A DNA stretch of 64,000 nucleotides from a bacterium (GCA_046757165.1 JBHHXT010000001.1:65989-129988), one strand, 5' to 3'; shown: positions 1 to 12,263, counted from the first letter of the stretch. Notes: generated from the letters alone by a model not told the origin. Numbers and translations are program-made.

Positions 1-989
1 GGTTTCGAGATATGAAAGGCTCCGGAAGCAATGAAAAGGATGTGGTCGGTTTTTACCATGCCATACTTGGTGAAAACACTGGTGCCTTCGACAACCGGCA
101 GCAGGTCTCGCTGTACGCCCTGTCGTGATACGTCCGGGCCTGACTTGGCGCCCTCACCTGCAATCTTGTCGATCTCATCTAAGAACACGATGCCTGAACT
201 CTGCACGCGATCGATGGCCTCTTGCACAACTTGCTCCATATCGATCAGCTTTTGGGCTTCTTCCTGAACGAGATATTTCCTGGCCTCGCTCACACTCATT
301 TTGCGGCGTTTGGTCTTCTTTGGGATCATGCCTCCGAATAAGTCCTGCAGGTTGACCCCCATTTCCTCAACACCCATGGGCGAAATGATCTGCATCAAAG
401 GGGACTGGTCGCTCTGGACATCGAGCTCGACCAAGCGGTCCTCCAATTCGCCGCTCTGGAGCTTGAGCTTGAACTTTTCTCGCGTTCGATTATGCCGTTC
501 CTCGGTGTCATCATCCTCGATTTCGACGGCATTTTCTATGCTGACGCGTTTGCGTTTCCTGGGCGGGGGCGGGACCAGAAGCTCCAGCAACCGCTCCTGC
601 GCGTGTCTTTCAGCCAGCTCTTGCACCTCTTTCGTCTTTTCTCCCCGCACCATTGAAACGGAGAGATCGGTCAGGTCCCGGATGATAGATTCAACGTCGC
701 GGCCAACATACCCGACTTCGGTGAACTTTGTGGCCTCGATCTTGATGAAGGGGGCATTTGAGAGCCGCGCAAGACGCCGCGCAATTTCCGTTTTGCCGAC
801 GCCGGTCGGCCCGATGAGAATGATGTTGTTAGGATAAATTTCTTCTCTCAGGTGGTCCGGCACTTGCTTCCTGCGCCAACGGTTTCGCAGCGCGATGGCA
901 ACCGACTTCTTTGCCTTGTCCTGTCCGATAACGTATTTGTTTAACTCTGCAACGATTTGTTTTGGAGTAAGCTCTTTTATGTCTGACAT
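1..989 (-). CDS. hslU: ATP-dependent protease ATPase subunit HslU (3' part runs off window)
   Basis: Manual translation from ATG 989: [40 protein letters not shown]..., Walker [25 protein letters not shown]; follows hslV. Confidence 0.97.
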   Translation of the reverse strand, partial: MSDIKELTPKQIVAELNKYVIGQDKAKKSVAIALRNRWRRKQVPDHLREEIYPNNIILIGPTGVGKTEIARRLARLSNAPFIKIEATKFTEVGYVGRDVESIIRDLTDLSVSMVRGEKTKEVQELAERHAQERLLELLVPPPPRKRKRVSIENAVEIEDDDTEERHNRTREKFKLKLQSGELEDRLVELDVQSDQSPLMQIISPMGVEEMGVNLQDLFGGMIPKKTKRRKMSVSEARKYLVQEEAQKLIDMEQVVQEAIDRVQSSGIVFLDEIDKIAGEGAKSGPDVSRQGVQRDLLPVVEGTSVFTKYGMVKTDHILFIASGAFHISK

Positions 990-1001
990 TTAGATTCCTA
1001 T

Positions 1002-1535
1002 TTAGATTTCCTCGATCGTGAGATCAGAATTTGTATAAACGCATATACCGGCTGCGACTTTCAGGGATTCCTCAACAATTTGCTTTGCACCTAACCCGGA
1101 GTGTTTTACCAGGGCAGTGGCAGCAGCCATGGCATATCCGCCACCGGAGCCGATGGCAATAATGTTGTCATCGGGCTCAATCACGTCACCAGTACCAGAA
1201 ATAAGGAACATGCTTTGTTTGTCCATGACGATCAACTGCGCTTCCAATCTCCGCAGGAATCTATCTTTGCGCCACTCCTTGGCGAGTTCCACCGCCGCCC
1301 GGCTCAAATTGCCGCTGTATTCCTCCAAACGGTTTTCAAATTTCTCAAAAAGCGTGAAGGCATCCGCTGACGCACCTGCAAACCCCGCAATCACCATGTC
1401 CTGGTAAATCGTACGGATCTTGCGCGCCTTCGCCTTGAGAATGGAATCTCCGAGGCTTACCTGACCATCCCCGCCCATAGCACTCTTGCCCTGGTGGCGA
1501 ACCCCGAGTATGGTTGTGCTTCTTATTCTATCCAT
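1002..1535 (-). CDS. hslV: ATP-dependent protease subunit HslV
   Basis: STTILGVR N-terminus, [22 protein letters not shown] motifs. Confidence 0.97.
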   Translation of the reverse strand: MDRIRSTTILGVRHQGKSAMGGDGQVSLGDSILKAKARKIRTIYQDMVIAGFAGASADAFTLFEKFENRLEEYSGNLSRAAVELAKEWRKDRFLRRLEAQLIVMDKQSMFLISGTGDVIEPDDNIIAIGSGGGYAMAAATALVKHSGLGAKQIVEESLKVAAGICVYTNSDLTIEEI

Positions 1536-1544
1536 CTGCCAGCC

Positions 1545-2981
1545 TTAGAGTTTTCTTCTCAACCGGGAAACCGGAATCATCATTTGTTCACGGTACTTGG
1601 CAACCGTCCGCCTCGCAACCTGAAAGCCCTTCTGTTTCAAGAGCTCAGCAATTCTCTGATCGTTCAAAGGTTTGTTTGGATCTTCCTTTTCAATAATCTC
1701 CCGGATAAAGTTTTTTATGGTCTTGTTGGAAACATCATCGCCGGTATCACTCCTGATTTTCTCGCTGAAAAAATATTTCAGCTCAAAAACGCCGTGCTCT
1801 GTTTGCACATACTTGCCATTGGTCACGCGGCTGATGGTGGAAATATCCATTCCAATTTCATCGGCGATGTCCTTCAGAATCATAGGCTTGATATGCTCCT
1901 TGCCATAATCGAAAAAGTCGCGCTGCTTATCGATGATCGCCTCCATCACGCGCAGAATTGTCGCCCGTCGTTGGTGAATTGAATTGATCAACCAGCGCGC
2001 CGATTCCAAGCTTTGCCGGATATAGTCGCGGGCATCCTTTGTCGACTTCTTCTTATCCAGCAACAGTTTTCTGTATGAGTTGTTGATCCTGAGATGGGGG
2101 ATATTCCAATCATTCATGCTGATGCTGAAGTCCCCGTCTTCGTCCTTTTCGACCACCAGATCGGGCACAATCACATTTTGATGAAACAGGACATACCCCT
2201 CCCCGGGCTTCGGATTGAGCTTCGTGATGTCTGTGATGGCAGCGCGGATACCGTCGAGCGAAATGTCCATCTTTTTGGCAATCTTCTCATACCGTTTGTT
2301 GGTAAAATCATCAAAATGGTCTCGCAGAATCTCGACGGTGCACGGATTATGGTCATCTATGTCCAGGATTTGAATCAGCAGGCACTCCTGTAGCGAGCGT
2401 GATCCGATGCCGAGGGGCTCAAAATGCTGGATGATCTTCAATACTTTCTCAACCTGGTCCGTGTCTTCCTGCAGCGTTTCCGCGATAAAGTCCACTGAGT
2501 ACGGCAAATAGCCGTCCTCATTTATGTTCCAGATGATGTATTCGCCGATGACGATCTCCCGCTCTGAGAGATGGTTCGTCATATGCAACTGACTGAGTAA
2601 ATGCTCCGGTAAGGTCGTATGGGCCACCTCCGGCCGTTCGAAAACTTCAGCGCTGTCGTCTCTGGGCATGCGGTATTCATACGTATCATCGTCGTTCAAG
2701 ATCGTTTCCCAATCAATCTCCTCTTTTTCGAACTCATCGACGGCGTCGTTCTCGCTTTCCTTTTCGTCTTTTGCCTCACCGTCGGTAACCTGCACGACCT
2801 CTTCCTCCAGTTCTTCCACCAAATCCATCTCTTCGTCTATTTCGAGCAATGGATTGGTCTCCAACTCCACTTTGATTTTTTGTTCAAGGCTTAAGATGGG
2901 GAGCTGTAGGAGAGATGAAAGCAATACCTGTTGCGGAGATTGCTTCAACGACATTGCAAGTTTTTGAACTAAGTTCGCCAT
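1545..2981 (-). CDS. rpoN: RNA polymerase sigma-54 factor
   Basis: Q/L-rich region I, ISTISRV HTH, RpoN box VARRTVAKYRE. Confidence 0.97.
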   Translation of the reverse strand: MANLVQKLAMSLKQSPQQVLLSSLLQLPILSLEQKIKVELETNPLLEIDEEMDLVEELEEEVVQVTDGEAKDEKESENDAVDEFEKEEIDWETILNDDDTYEYRMPRDDSAEVFERPEVAHTTLPEHLLSQLHMTNHLSEREIVIGEYIIWNINEDGYLPYSVDFIAETLQEDTDQVEKVLKIIQHFEPLGIGSRSLQECLLIQILDIDDHNPCTVEILRDHFDDFTNKRYEKIAKKMDISLDGIRAAITDITKLNPKPGEGYVLFHQNVIVPDLVVEKDEDGDFSISMNDWNIPHLRINNSYRKLLLDKKKSTKDARDYIRQSLESARWLINSIHQRRATILRVMEAIIDKQRDFFDYGKEHIKPMILKDIADEIGMDISTISRVTNGKYVQTEHGVFELKYFFSEKIRSDTGDDVSNKTIKNFIREIIEKEDPNKPLNDQRIAELLKQKGFQVARRTVAKYREQMMIPVSRLRRKL

Positions 2982-3024
2982 AACAGATCCTGTCTATACC
3001 GGGGTTCTCGAGGTCAACACCATC

Positions 3025-3753
3025 TCATCGATTCAGCTTGAACTTTTCACCAAGATAGAGTTTGAGCGCAGCCTGATCATTTGCCAGGAACTGCGCCGTG
3101 CCAGATATCAGCACATTGCCGTCAAAAAGGAGATAGGCGCGATCCGTAATGTCCAGTGTCTCGTGCACATTGTGGTCAGTGATGAGCACTCCAATCCCCC
3201 TGTATTTCAGGCGCTTGACAATATTCTGAATTTCTTCGACTGCGATCGGGTCCACGCCGGCAAAGGGCTCATCCAGAAGGATGAACTTGGGATTCCTGAT
3301 CAGGGCCCGCGTGATCTCAACGCGCCGACGTTCACCACCTGACAGCGTGTACGCTTTTCTGTCAGCCAAATAGCCGATGTTCAACTCATTCAAAAGCTCA
3401 TGCAATCGTCTTTCCCGTTCTGTTTTCGAGATCTTCAACGTTTCCAGTATGGCCTCGATGTTCTCTCGCACGGTCAAACGCCGGAAAATCGATGGTTCCT
3501 GCGAAAGATACCCAATCCCGAGCCGTGCCCGCTTGTACATCGGCAATCTTGTGATATCCCGATCCTGCAGGAAAATCGCGCCGCTCTTCGGCTTGATCAT
3601 CCCAACGATCATGTAGAAGGTCGTGGTTTTGCCGGCGCCATTAGGACCGAGCAGCCCGACAATCTCTCCCTGATTGACTTCGATAGTGACCTGATTGACA
3701 ACCTTGCGCTTTCTGTAAACCTTAACGAGATCTTTCGTCTTAAGCGTCAGCAC
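3025..3753 (-). CDS. lptB: LPS export ABC transporter ATPase LptB
   Basis: [35 protein letters not shown]; located next to rpoN. Confidence 0.96.
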   Translation of the reverse strand: MLTLKTKDLVKVYRKRKVVNQVTIEVNQGEIVGLLGPNGAGKTTTFYMIVGMIKPKSGAIFLQDRDITRLPMYKRARLGIGYLSQEPSIFRRLTVRENIEAILETLKISKTERERRLHELLNELNIGYLADRKAYTLSGGERRRVEITRALIRNPKFILLDEPFAGVDPIAVEEIQNIVKRLKYRGIGVLITDHNVHETLDITDRAYLLFDGNVLISGTAQFLANDQAALKLYLGEKFKLNR

Positions 3754-3793
3754 GATTTCGTTTGAGTTACACGACCTTCGTCATTTCAATTTC

Positions 3794-4879
3794 TCACTTT
3801 GGCGGCAGATACTTGCCTTCGGCCACGTCCGGATGACTGCTGACCCAAACACGCTGTGCCCGGCCATCCGATAATTCGATTTCAATACGATCTCCGGATA
3901 ACTCGTTGGCTCCTTTGTAAGAATCGTCCTCGATAATGTGATAAAAACTGGTCGCCTGGTTGTCGATAATGACCCGGCGCAATTTCTTGTCTTCAAAATA
4001 AAACGTCATCTGTTGACCCGTCAACTTGTTTTGCCAGCGACCTTTGTTCAACGTATCCGCGTCTGATACCGCCAGAGCATGCCCGCTGACGGTCGCCCGT
4101 TTCAACTCAGAGCCCTTCAGAAACAGATGCACGGTATCCCCTCGGATGGTGTAGTTGGGTTGTCGCACCTCCGGATTCTCGAGCAGTGTGACCAGGTCAT
4201 CGACCTTCGAAAACTCCGCCCTGCCTGAAGTCGCGGTGATCTCCGGCTGTGTCATCTCGACACTTCCGATTGCAAGGGTCCGGTCGCCGTTCTCGAAAAT
4301 CTTCATCGTATCCGCAACGATGCGCGAGGTCTCGTTGCCCAAACTGTCATAGTTGATCAGCACCGGGCTTCCCCAGACTTTGCCGTAACGGTCATCACGC
4401 CAGTACTCCGCAAAGCTCCCGGTCAAGGCCATCTGCTCCTTCTTGTTCGCAATCCGAACATGGCGTTCGGAAAACAGCTTCCTTTGCCTCTGAAAATAGG
4501 TCATTCGGTCTGCCATGGTTGTGTCCGTGGGCGTAATGTTGACGACATTTCCAGAGGCGACCTGCTTTTCTTCTTTTTCAAAAATGAAGACCGTATCCGC
4601 CAGCAGCGTCTGCTCATCATCAAAAATCTTGACGTGGCCGACCAACATGTATTGCTTTCGACTGAGCGATTGTGTTGCAACGTCGCAGAGAATTGTCGTT
4701 TTCCCTTGCCGTAGTTTCACGTTTCCAACCAGCTTTTGCACAACCTGTCCGCTGACTTCCTCCCGACTAAATGACCCCGCCTGAATGAGCCGCAGTCTCT
4801 CTCCAGCCTCCTGAGACAGAAGAATCTGGGCAGTCAATAGACTTAGAACGTTAACGATATTCAAACAAAACCAATACAA
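3794..4879 (-). CDS. lptA: LptA/OstA-like periplasmic beta-jellyroll protein (extended)
   Basis: Signal peptide, repeated OstA-like motifs (LVGNVKL, TLLADTV, ASGNVV, IRGDTV); between lptC and lptB. Confidence 0.8.
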   Translation of the reverse strand: MYWFCLNIVNVLSLLTAQILLSQEAGERLRLIQAGSFSREEVSGQVVQKLVGNVKLRQGKTTILCDVATQSLSRKQYMLVGHVKIFDDEQTLLADTVFIFEKEEKQVASGNVVNITPTDTTMADRMTYFQRQRKLFSERHVRIANKKEQMALTGSFAEYWRDDRYGKVWGSPVLINYDSLGNETSRIVADTMKIFENGDRTLAIGSVEMTQPEITATSGRAEFSKVDDLVTLLENPEVRQPNYTIRGDTVHLFLKGSELKRATVSGHALAVSDADTLNKGRWQNKLTGQQMTFYFEDKKLRRVIIDNQATSFYHIIEDDSYKGANELSGDRIEIELSDGRAQRVWVSSHPDVAEGKYLPPK

Positions 4880-4891
4880 ACCGCCTACGAC

Positions 4892-5440
4892 TCATTCATT
4901 GAGATTCAGTTTTTTCTGGGTCACGCCATACGGCTTCTTAATCACCCAGTTTTTGAAAGAACGTTCAGATTCGAACCCGGTGCCGTGAATGGTATCTGAC
5001 TCTGCGGTGACGACGGTCACGAAGTCATCGGAGGTTGCCTTTCCCCTGGAATCACTCCAGAGCAGTTTTTCAGTAAACAGAGAAATACCGTGGTCCGACT
5101 TGATTCGTACATTGCCCTTGAATTCGATCTCATTTGTCCGTTCATTCAAAGTCGCCTCGCGCATTTTGACTCTCGAACTGTGCTCGCCGTTCTCATAAAA
5201 ATCGATAGTTACGCCATCGAAAAACCTGGATTGTTTCTGACTCGAGTACCTTTCCATTCGCTTGTACCGGATTTGCCACCGCAATTGACCCTTGCTCGTG
5301 GTGGTCAGCATGGCATCAAACCCCTCCTGATCTGGTGCCTCCGCCAGGTCATCGTTGTTCGAGGTGAAATCCTGGTCTGAACGGCACCCCCCCACCATGA
5401 GCGCAAAAAAGCAAATGAATATCTTTATTTTATAATTCAT
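4892..5440 (-). CDS. lptC: LPS export periplasmic protein LptC
   Basis: Lipobox VGGC, GNVRI...LFTEKLLW...IHGTGFES motifs; lptCAB order. Confidence 0.88.
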   Translation of the reverse strand: MNYKIKIFICFFALMVGGCRSDQDFTSNNDDLAEAPDQEGFDAMLTTTSKGQLRWQIRYKRMERYSSQKQSRFFDGVTIDFYENGEHSSRVKMREATLNERTNEIEFKGNVRIKSDHGISLFTEKLLWSDSRGKATSDDFVTVVTAESDTIHGTGFESERSFKNWVIKKPYGVTQKKLNLNE

Positions 5441-5485
5441 AACTATTTATCGACATCCAGACTGAATATTACACCAGCGAGCCAT

Positions 5486-7436
<1,951 letters not shown>

Positions 7437-7467
7437 TCGTGCTTTTCCTCAATTCAAAAATCTACGT

Positions 7468-7496
7468 AATATAAAATAATAGATTTTGATTGTCAA
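7468..7496 (-). promoter_or_regulatory. sigma70-type promoter for gatC-pyrG-lpt-rpoN-hslVU
   Basis: Minus strand TTGACA-17 nt-TATATT. Confidence 0.75.
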
Positions 7497-7552
7497 GGCT
7501 AATCTAAGCCGATGGCATAATTTTTGTAAGTCGCTATTTTTTCATCAAGTAC

Positions 7553-7582
7553 AAAAGAAAAAAGCGGCAGATGCCGCTTTTT
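7553..7582 (-). terminator. Intrinsic terminator after rpmA (possibly bidirectional)
   Basis: AAAAAGCGGCA-TC-TGCCGCTTTTTTCTTTT on minus strand. Confidence 0.85.
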
Positions 7583-7660
7583 AATCTCAAACTCCTCCCG
7601 ACCCAACCGGGCGAAAACTGTCACCGCTTGGGCCGCCAGCTGGGCTGAACCTCAGACGGG

Positions 7661-7918
7661 TCAACTCCTCGACAGCACATTCACGACCTTTTTGTACCGG
7701 CCCTTGCGCTCGAACTTCACCACGCCCTCGATGAGAGCAAACAGAGAATCATCCCTCCCCCGGCCAACGTTTTCCCCGGGATGAATCTTGGTCCCCCGTT
7801 GACGAACAAGAATACTGCCTGCCGTCACACGTTGGCCGTCGAAGCGCTTCACGCCCAGAAACTGCGGATTGCTGTCGCGCCCGTTCTTCGAGCTCCCTAC
7901 GCCTTTCTTATGCGCCAT
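7661..7918 (-). CDS. rpmA: 50S ribosomal protein L27
   Basis: [25 protein letters not shown]. Confidence 0.98.
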   Translation of the reverse strand: MAHKKGVGSSKNGRDSNPQFLGVKRFDGQRVTAGSILVRQRGTKIHPGENVGRGRDDSLFALIEGVVKFERKGRYKKVVNVLSRS

Positions 7919-8258
7919 CCTCTTGTTCTCCTGCTTGTTTTGCTTTTGCTTTTGAAATACTCTTGATCACCAGTTCGGTAAAATCCTGCCGATGCCCTCT
8001 GGTCACCTGATATCCCTTTCGCCGCTTCTTCTTGAAAACGATTACTTTCCGGTCGCGCCCGAAACTCTCAATCCTGGCTTTGACGCTGGCCCGCTCCACG
8101 ACGGGCTGCCCAACCGTAACCTTGCCCTTGTCGGAGATAAGAAGAACCTTGTCAAACTCAATGTTCTTACCAACCTGGCCCGCCACTTTGGGAACGCGAA
8201 TACTCTCGCCCTTGCTAACCTTGAATTGTTTTCCAGCAATATCGACAATTGCATACAT
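7908..8258 (-). CDS. rplU: 50S ribosomal protein L21
   Basis: [26 protein letters not shown]; start reset to ATG 8258 after GGAGG. Confidence 0.97.
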   Translation of the reverse strand: MYAIVDIAGKQFKVSKGESIRVPKVAGQVGKNIEFDKVLLISDKGKVTVGQPVVERASVKARIESFGRDRKVIVFKKKRRKGYQVTRGHRQDFTELVIKSISKAKAKQAGEQEDGA

Positions 8259-8291
8259 GATTGAATGCCTCCTGAACAAAGTGTATAATCA

Positions 8292-8320
8292 ATCCTAGTA
8301 CGACGGAGCCGCACGGTCAA
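8292..8320 (-). promoter_or_regulatory. Putative sigma70 promoter for rplU-rpmA
   Basis: Minus strand TTGACC-17 nt-TAGGAT. Confidence 0.55.
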
Positions 8321-8335
8321 ACAGAAAGGACCACC

Positions 8336-9868
8336 TCAGGCTAAGAATCGCTCCGTAACGTCTTTGCCATCTGATTGTAATAGAATTCTAAACAGGTCCG
8401 TTCGCAGAGTGTCATCTCTTACGATATCGATTTTCACTCGATATTTCCACATGAGTCTTCGTTTGTTATTGAAGAAGCCGTTGCTCAAGTAGTTGGCAAT
8501 GGAGGGATGAATATGCAACTGAAGCTTCCGTTCTTTCCTCTCTGCCCTGAACCGCTTGATCCAACGCTCTATCTTGGTCAGGACCGTACTTTCAGACACA
8601 ACGCGGCCGACGCCATCACAGGCGGGGCACGGCTCGCTGAAAGCAAACAGTAGACTTGGTCGCACCCGTTCTCGCGTCATCTCGATCAGACCGAATTCAC
8701 TGATCGGCGCCAGATTAGCTTGCGCCCGACTCTTTTTGAGCTCTCTCACAAATTCATCATACAGTTTTCTTTTATTCTTAGGATTGAGCATATCGATAAA
8801 ATCGATGACGATGATCCCCCCGATATCCCGCAATCTCAACTGACGTGCAATTTCCCGGGCGGCTTCGAGATTAACCCTGAGAATATTATCTTCCGGCTGC
8901 TTGCCTCCGACAAATTTACCACTGTTGACGTCGACAGCCACCAGGGCCTCTGTGTGATCGAAAATAAGATACCCTCCGCTGGGCATCCAGACTTTTCTGG
9001 AAAGACTCTTTTCAAATTCAACTTCAATGCCATAATGGTCGAAAATCGGTTTCTTGCCATTATATGATTCCACTCGACCTGCAAGGCTCGAGCCTACCTC
9101 TCGCAAATATGAGGTTGTTTCGCGGTAAAGCTTCTTCGAATCCACCACCACCCGGCCAACATCGTGTGTGAACAGGTCACGTATCACGCTGGAGGCCATG
9201 GTGACGTCCTTATAAATGAGGGCCGGCGGTGACACCTTCTTGAGTTTGTTTGCTAATCGCTTCCACTCCTTCAAGAGCAAATCCAAATCATTCTGTAGCG
9301 TCTTCTCATCCTTGTTTTCGGCTACAGTTCTGACAATCACCCCGAATCCCTCAGGCCTGATGCCTTGCACAATCTTCTTGAGATTGCGCTTCTCCCTGAG
9401 TCGATAGATTTTCTTCGACACGCCAACGACATTGGAATTCGGCACCAGCACCAGGAATCTGCCCGGGAAAGCCAGCTCAGTCGAAACCCGCGCTCCTTTT
9501 CGGCTGATAGGTTCCTTGATGATCTGGACCAAAATTTTCTGGCCTTCCTTTGGAATAGGTCTGCGACTTCTCTCCCTGCTGGTCCGCCGTCTTCCATTCA
9601 GATTGATGAAGGTCCGATAGTCAACAATCTCATCCCCGATATCTGAAAAATGCAAGAAAGCGTCCTGTTGGTGTCCGATGTTCACAAAGGCCGCCTGCAT
9701 CCCTTCAACAACTTTCACCACATGTCCGACGTAAATATCGCCAACCATCCTGCCGCGCTCGGGCTGTTCAACGAATAGCTCAACCAACTGTCGATTTTCT
9801 AAAATGGCAATGCGGGTCTCTCCAATTGACGAATTGATTATGATTTCCTTTTTCATCTTGACTTGCAA
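8336..9868 (-). CDS. rng: Rne/Rng family ribonuclease (RNase E/G catalytic region, no long C-terminal domain)
   Basis: S1 domain GDIYVG..GMQAAFV, VDVNSG, LRDIGGIIVIDFIDM, CPACDG Zn-link; TTG start 5 nt after AGGAG. Confidence 0.93.
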   Translation of the reverse strand: MQVKMKKEIIINSSIGETRIAILENRQLVELFVEQPERGRMVGDIYVGHVVKVVEGMQAAFVNIGHQQDAFLHFSDIGDEIVDYRTFINLNGRRRTSRERSRRPIPKEGQKILVQIIKEPISRKGARVSTELAFPGRFLVLVPNSNVVGVSKKIYRLREKRNLKKIVQGIRPEGFGVIVRTVAENKDEKTLQNDLDLLLKEWKRLANKLKKVSPPALIYKDVTMASSVIRDLFTHDVGRVVVDSKKLYRETTSYLREVGSSLAGRVESYNGKKPIFDHYGIEVEFEKSLSRKVWMPSGGYLIFDHTEALVAVDVNSGKFVGGKQPEDNILRVNLEAAREIARQLRLRDIGGIIVIDFIDMLNPKNKRKLYDEFVRELKKSRAQANLAPISEFGLIEMTRERVRPSLLFAFSEPCPACDGVGRVVSESTVLTKIERWIKRFRAERKERKLQLHIHPSIANYLSNGFFNNKRRLMWKYRVKIDIVRDDTLRTDLFRILLQSDGKDVTERFLA

Positions 9869-9873
9869 CTATG

Positions 9874-9999
9874 CTCCTATCATATTTGGTTGAAAATATT
9901 TCCTATTCAAACACCTAAACAGTTGCACATCACCGAAACTGTCAAAGAACGCCAAGCAAATAAGAAGGGATACTTCTACCCATCTGCTGATAGGAAATA
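9874..9999 (-). ncRNA. Candidate structured cis-regulatory 5' leader of Rne/Rng gene
   Basis: 10-bp closing stem, two internal hairpins, 5' arm complementary to the SD (see findings). Confidence 0.5.
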
Positions 10000-10005
10000 A
10001 AATTA

Positions 10006-10034
10006 AGTATAAGGAAAATAACATAAACTTGCAA
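10006..10034 (-). promoter_or_regulatory. sigma70-type promoter for Rne/Rng gene
   Basis: Minus strand TTGCAA-17 nt-TATACT. Confidence 0.7.
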
Positions 10035-10063
10035 GAATTTTTTCTGTTACCTAAGCGTTGTAC

Positions 10064-10738
10064 TTACAAGAGATTATTCTCGTTTATGACAAGATTGAAC
10101 TGCGTCTCCAAGAAATTGGCCGCTTTCTTGCAATAAAGCATCCGATTCAAGAAGATTTCAAAGTACTCCATCACCGAAGAAATCTCGTCATCGATCGTGA
10201 GCGAAAGCGTTATTGTCTTCCTCTGATTGTCGACATCAAGGTACGATTTGTTGACCGCATAGTTCACCCGGTCATGGATATCAAACTTGATCATGTCGGG
10301 ATTGCGCACCCGGGAGCGGTGCACATCAGACTTATCGGCCAGGATCAAGCCGGCGGAAACCCGGTTAACCGGTTCCCAGCCATCATCATCATCATGATTG
10401 CCGATAGCAGAGACGATGACGGTGATCTCATCGATATCCATTCCCAGGTCGCGCAGCAGCGTGTGAGCCAACACCGCCCCGGTATAGGGATGGTTGACGC
10501 GGTTAAACACGTTGCCGATATCGTGCAAATAGCCTGCAATGGATGACAACTCAGCTTCACGTTCTGAGGTGCCGAGCTGTAACAATGTTTGCCGGGCCAC
10601 TTTTGCGACCAAGCCACAATGCCGCGCTCCATGCTCGGTATATCCCACCACGGCAAGATTCTCGTCCGCGCGACGAATATAGGCCTGGACTTGCCTGTCT
10701 TTTTTCACATTATCCAAAGTGATTACTGTGCCCATCAA
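10064..10738 (-). CDS. HD-domain phosphohydrolase
   Basis: GYTEHGARH, YLHDIGN, IGNHD, LILADKSD; start TTG 10738 or ATG 10735. Confidence 0.88.
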   Translation of the reverse strand: MMGTVITLDNVKKDRQVQAYIRRADENLAVVGYTEHGARHCGLVAKVARQTLLQLGTSEREAELSSIAGYLHDIGNVFNRVNHPYTGAVLAHTLLRDLGMDIDEITVIVSAIGNHDDDDGWEPVNRVSAGLILADKSDVHRSRVRNPDMIKFDIHDRVNYAVNKSYLDVDNQRKTITLSLTIDDEISSVMEYFEIFLNRMLYCKKAANFLETQFNLVINENNLL

Positions 10739-10772
10739 TTTTTGCTCCAGACTTTTTTCCTTTATCTACTGT

Positions 10773-11399
10773 CTATGAATTCACCAGGAAAGGATTGAAT
10801 TGCCGTTCGTGGCCGATGGTCGTTGTCGGCCCGTGTCCTGGAAAAACCTGAGTCTCATCACCGAGCAGAAGCAACCTGGTCTTGATCGTACGAATAAGCG
10901 TGTCATAGTCTCCACCCGGCAAATCCGTTCGCCCAATCGATTCGGCAAATAAAACATCACCCACAAAGGCAACACCCTGTGCAAGAAATGTCACGCTGCC
11001 AGGTGAATGTCCGGGTGTGTGAACCACCTCAAAGACACTGTGACCAAACTCGATTTTTTCCCCTTCATGGATATACTTGTCCACACTTGGAATTCCGGAA
11101 GTCGTCATACCGAAGGCGGCAGCCTGTGCCGGCAAATTGTCCAGCAGGAACTGATCATCGGCATGCATCAACACCGGAACGTCGATCTCCTTCTGGAAGG
11201 CGACCACTTCTTTCACATGGTCCAGATGCCCATGCGTGAGGAGAATTAACTTGATCGTGAGCTTATGTTCTTCTATCTTTCGAACGATCTTCGCGATTTC
11301 ATCGCCCGGATCGAGGACAACGCCCTGCCGCGTTTCTTCGCATGCCACCACGTAGCAGTTCTCTGCAAACGCTCCAACCTGCATACAATCAATTATCAT
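10773..11399 (-). CDS. MBL-fold metallo-hydrolase (glyoxalase II/YcbL-like)
   Basis: THGHLDH, HTPGHSPG, GDVLF, PGHG. Confidence 0.92.
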   Translation of the reverse strand: MIIDCMQVGAFAENCYVVACEETRQGVVLDPGDEIAKIVRKIEEHKLTIKLILLTHGHLDHVKEVVAFQKEIDVPVLMHADDQFLLDNLPAQAAAFGMTTSGIPSVDKYIHEGEKIEFGHSVFEVVHTPGHSPGSVTFLAQGVAFVGDVLFAESIGRTDLPGGDYDTLIRTIKTRLLLLGDETQVFPGHGPTTTIGHERQFNPFLVNS

Positions 11400-11409
11400 G
11401 GCTGAGCTC

Positions 11410-12255
11410 TCATGACGGTTGTTGGCAGTTTCCCAAAGCTTTCATCTGTCCCACAATTTCATATTCCACCGTGTACTTACCCAGTGCTTCCTCGCCTTTA
11501 GGGCCACCATGAAAATCAGAGCCACCCGTAGCCAGGAGACCATGGTTCCTGGCGAGATTCCGGTAGAAATCGGTTTTCTCTTCGCGGTGTTTTGGATGGA
11601 CCACCTCAATGCCCTGGATCCCCATCTTGAACAGCGGCATCAAGTCTCGATTCTGTACTTGTATGCCGGGGTGGGCGATGGAACAGATGCCGCCAGCCGA
11701 CTTCACTATAGAAACGGCGGTGTAGACGTCGATCTTGTACTTCTCCACATTTGCCGGTTTGCCATCTCCCAGAAATCTATCAAAAGCCTCCTGGAAAGAA
11801 TCGATGACCCCATTCTCTAACATGACGTTTGCAATGTGTGGGCGTCCAATCGACCCCGCTCCACCCTTTTCAAGCACGTCATCTAATGAAATATGAATCC
11901 CCGAGAGAGCAAGTTTCTCAATGATCTGGCGGGCACGTTTGAGGCGCTCACGCCTAAACAATCCTAAATAGTCGAGCAAATCAGAGTCGTGATAATCGAA
12001 ACAGTATCCAAGAACGTGAATGTCCTGGCCGCGGAAATAGACACTCAGTTCAACACCCGGCAGCACTTCGATGTTTTTGCTTTTGCCGTATTGGATGGCT
12101 TCGGGAAGAGCGCCGATCTCGTCATGGTCTACAATCGCAATCGCACTCAGGCCATGGGAGTGCACTTTATCGATGAGATCATTCGGTGTGTAGTATCCGT
12201 CTGAATGACAAGTATGAAGATGTAAATCGACATCGCCGTGATTGGTATTCGTCAT
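11410..12255 (-). CDS. PHP-domain phosphoesterase (YciV/TrpH-like)
   Basis: DLHLHTCHSDG, VDHD, GRPHIA, AHP, TGGSDFHG. Confidence 0.92.
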   Translation of the reverse strand: MTNTNHGDVDLHLHTCHSDGYYTPNDLIDKVHSHGLSAIAIVDHDEIGALPEAIQYGKSKNIEVLPGVELSVYFRGQDIHVLGYCFDYHDSDLLDYLGLFRRERLKRARQIIEKLALSGIHISLDDVLEKGGAGSIGRPHIANVMLENGVIDSFQEAFDRFLGDGKPANVEKYKIDVYTAVSIVKSAGGICSIAHPGIQVQNRDLMPLFKMGIQGIEVVHPKHREEKTDFYRNLARNHGLLATGGSDFHGGPKGEEALGKYTVEYEIVGQMKALGNCQQPS

Positions 12256-12263
12256 CGTACAGA

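Noticed and set aside
7513..7528. sigma54-like site TGGCAT-N5-TTGTA on the plus strand
   Set aside because: The critical -12 GC is GT, and it points at a terminator with no gene downstream.
10381..10395. (CAT)5 trinucleotide run as a phase-variation tract
   Set aside because: In-frame codons for a short Asp run in the HD protein; a length change would not shift the frame.
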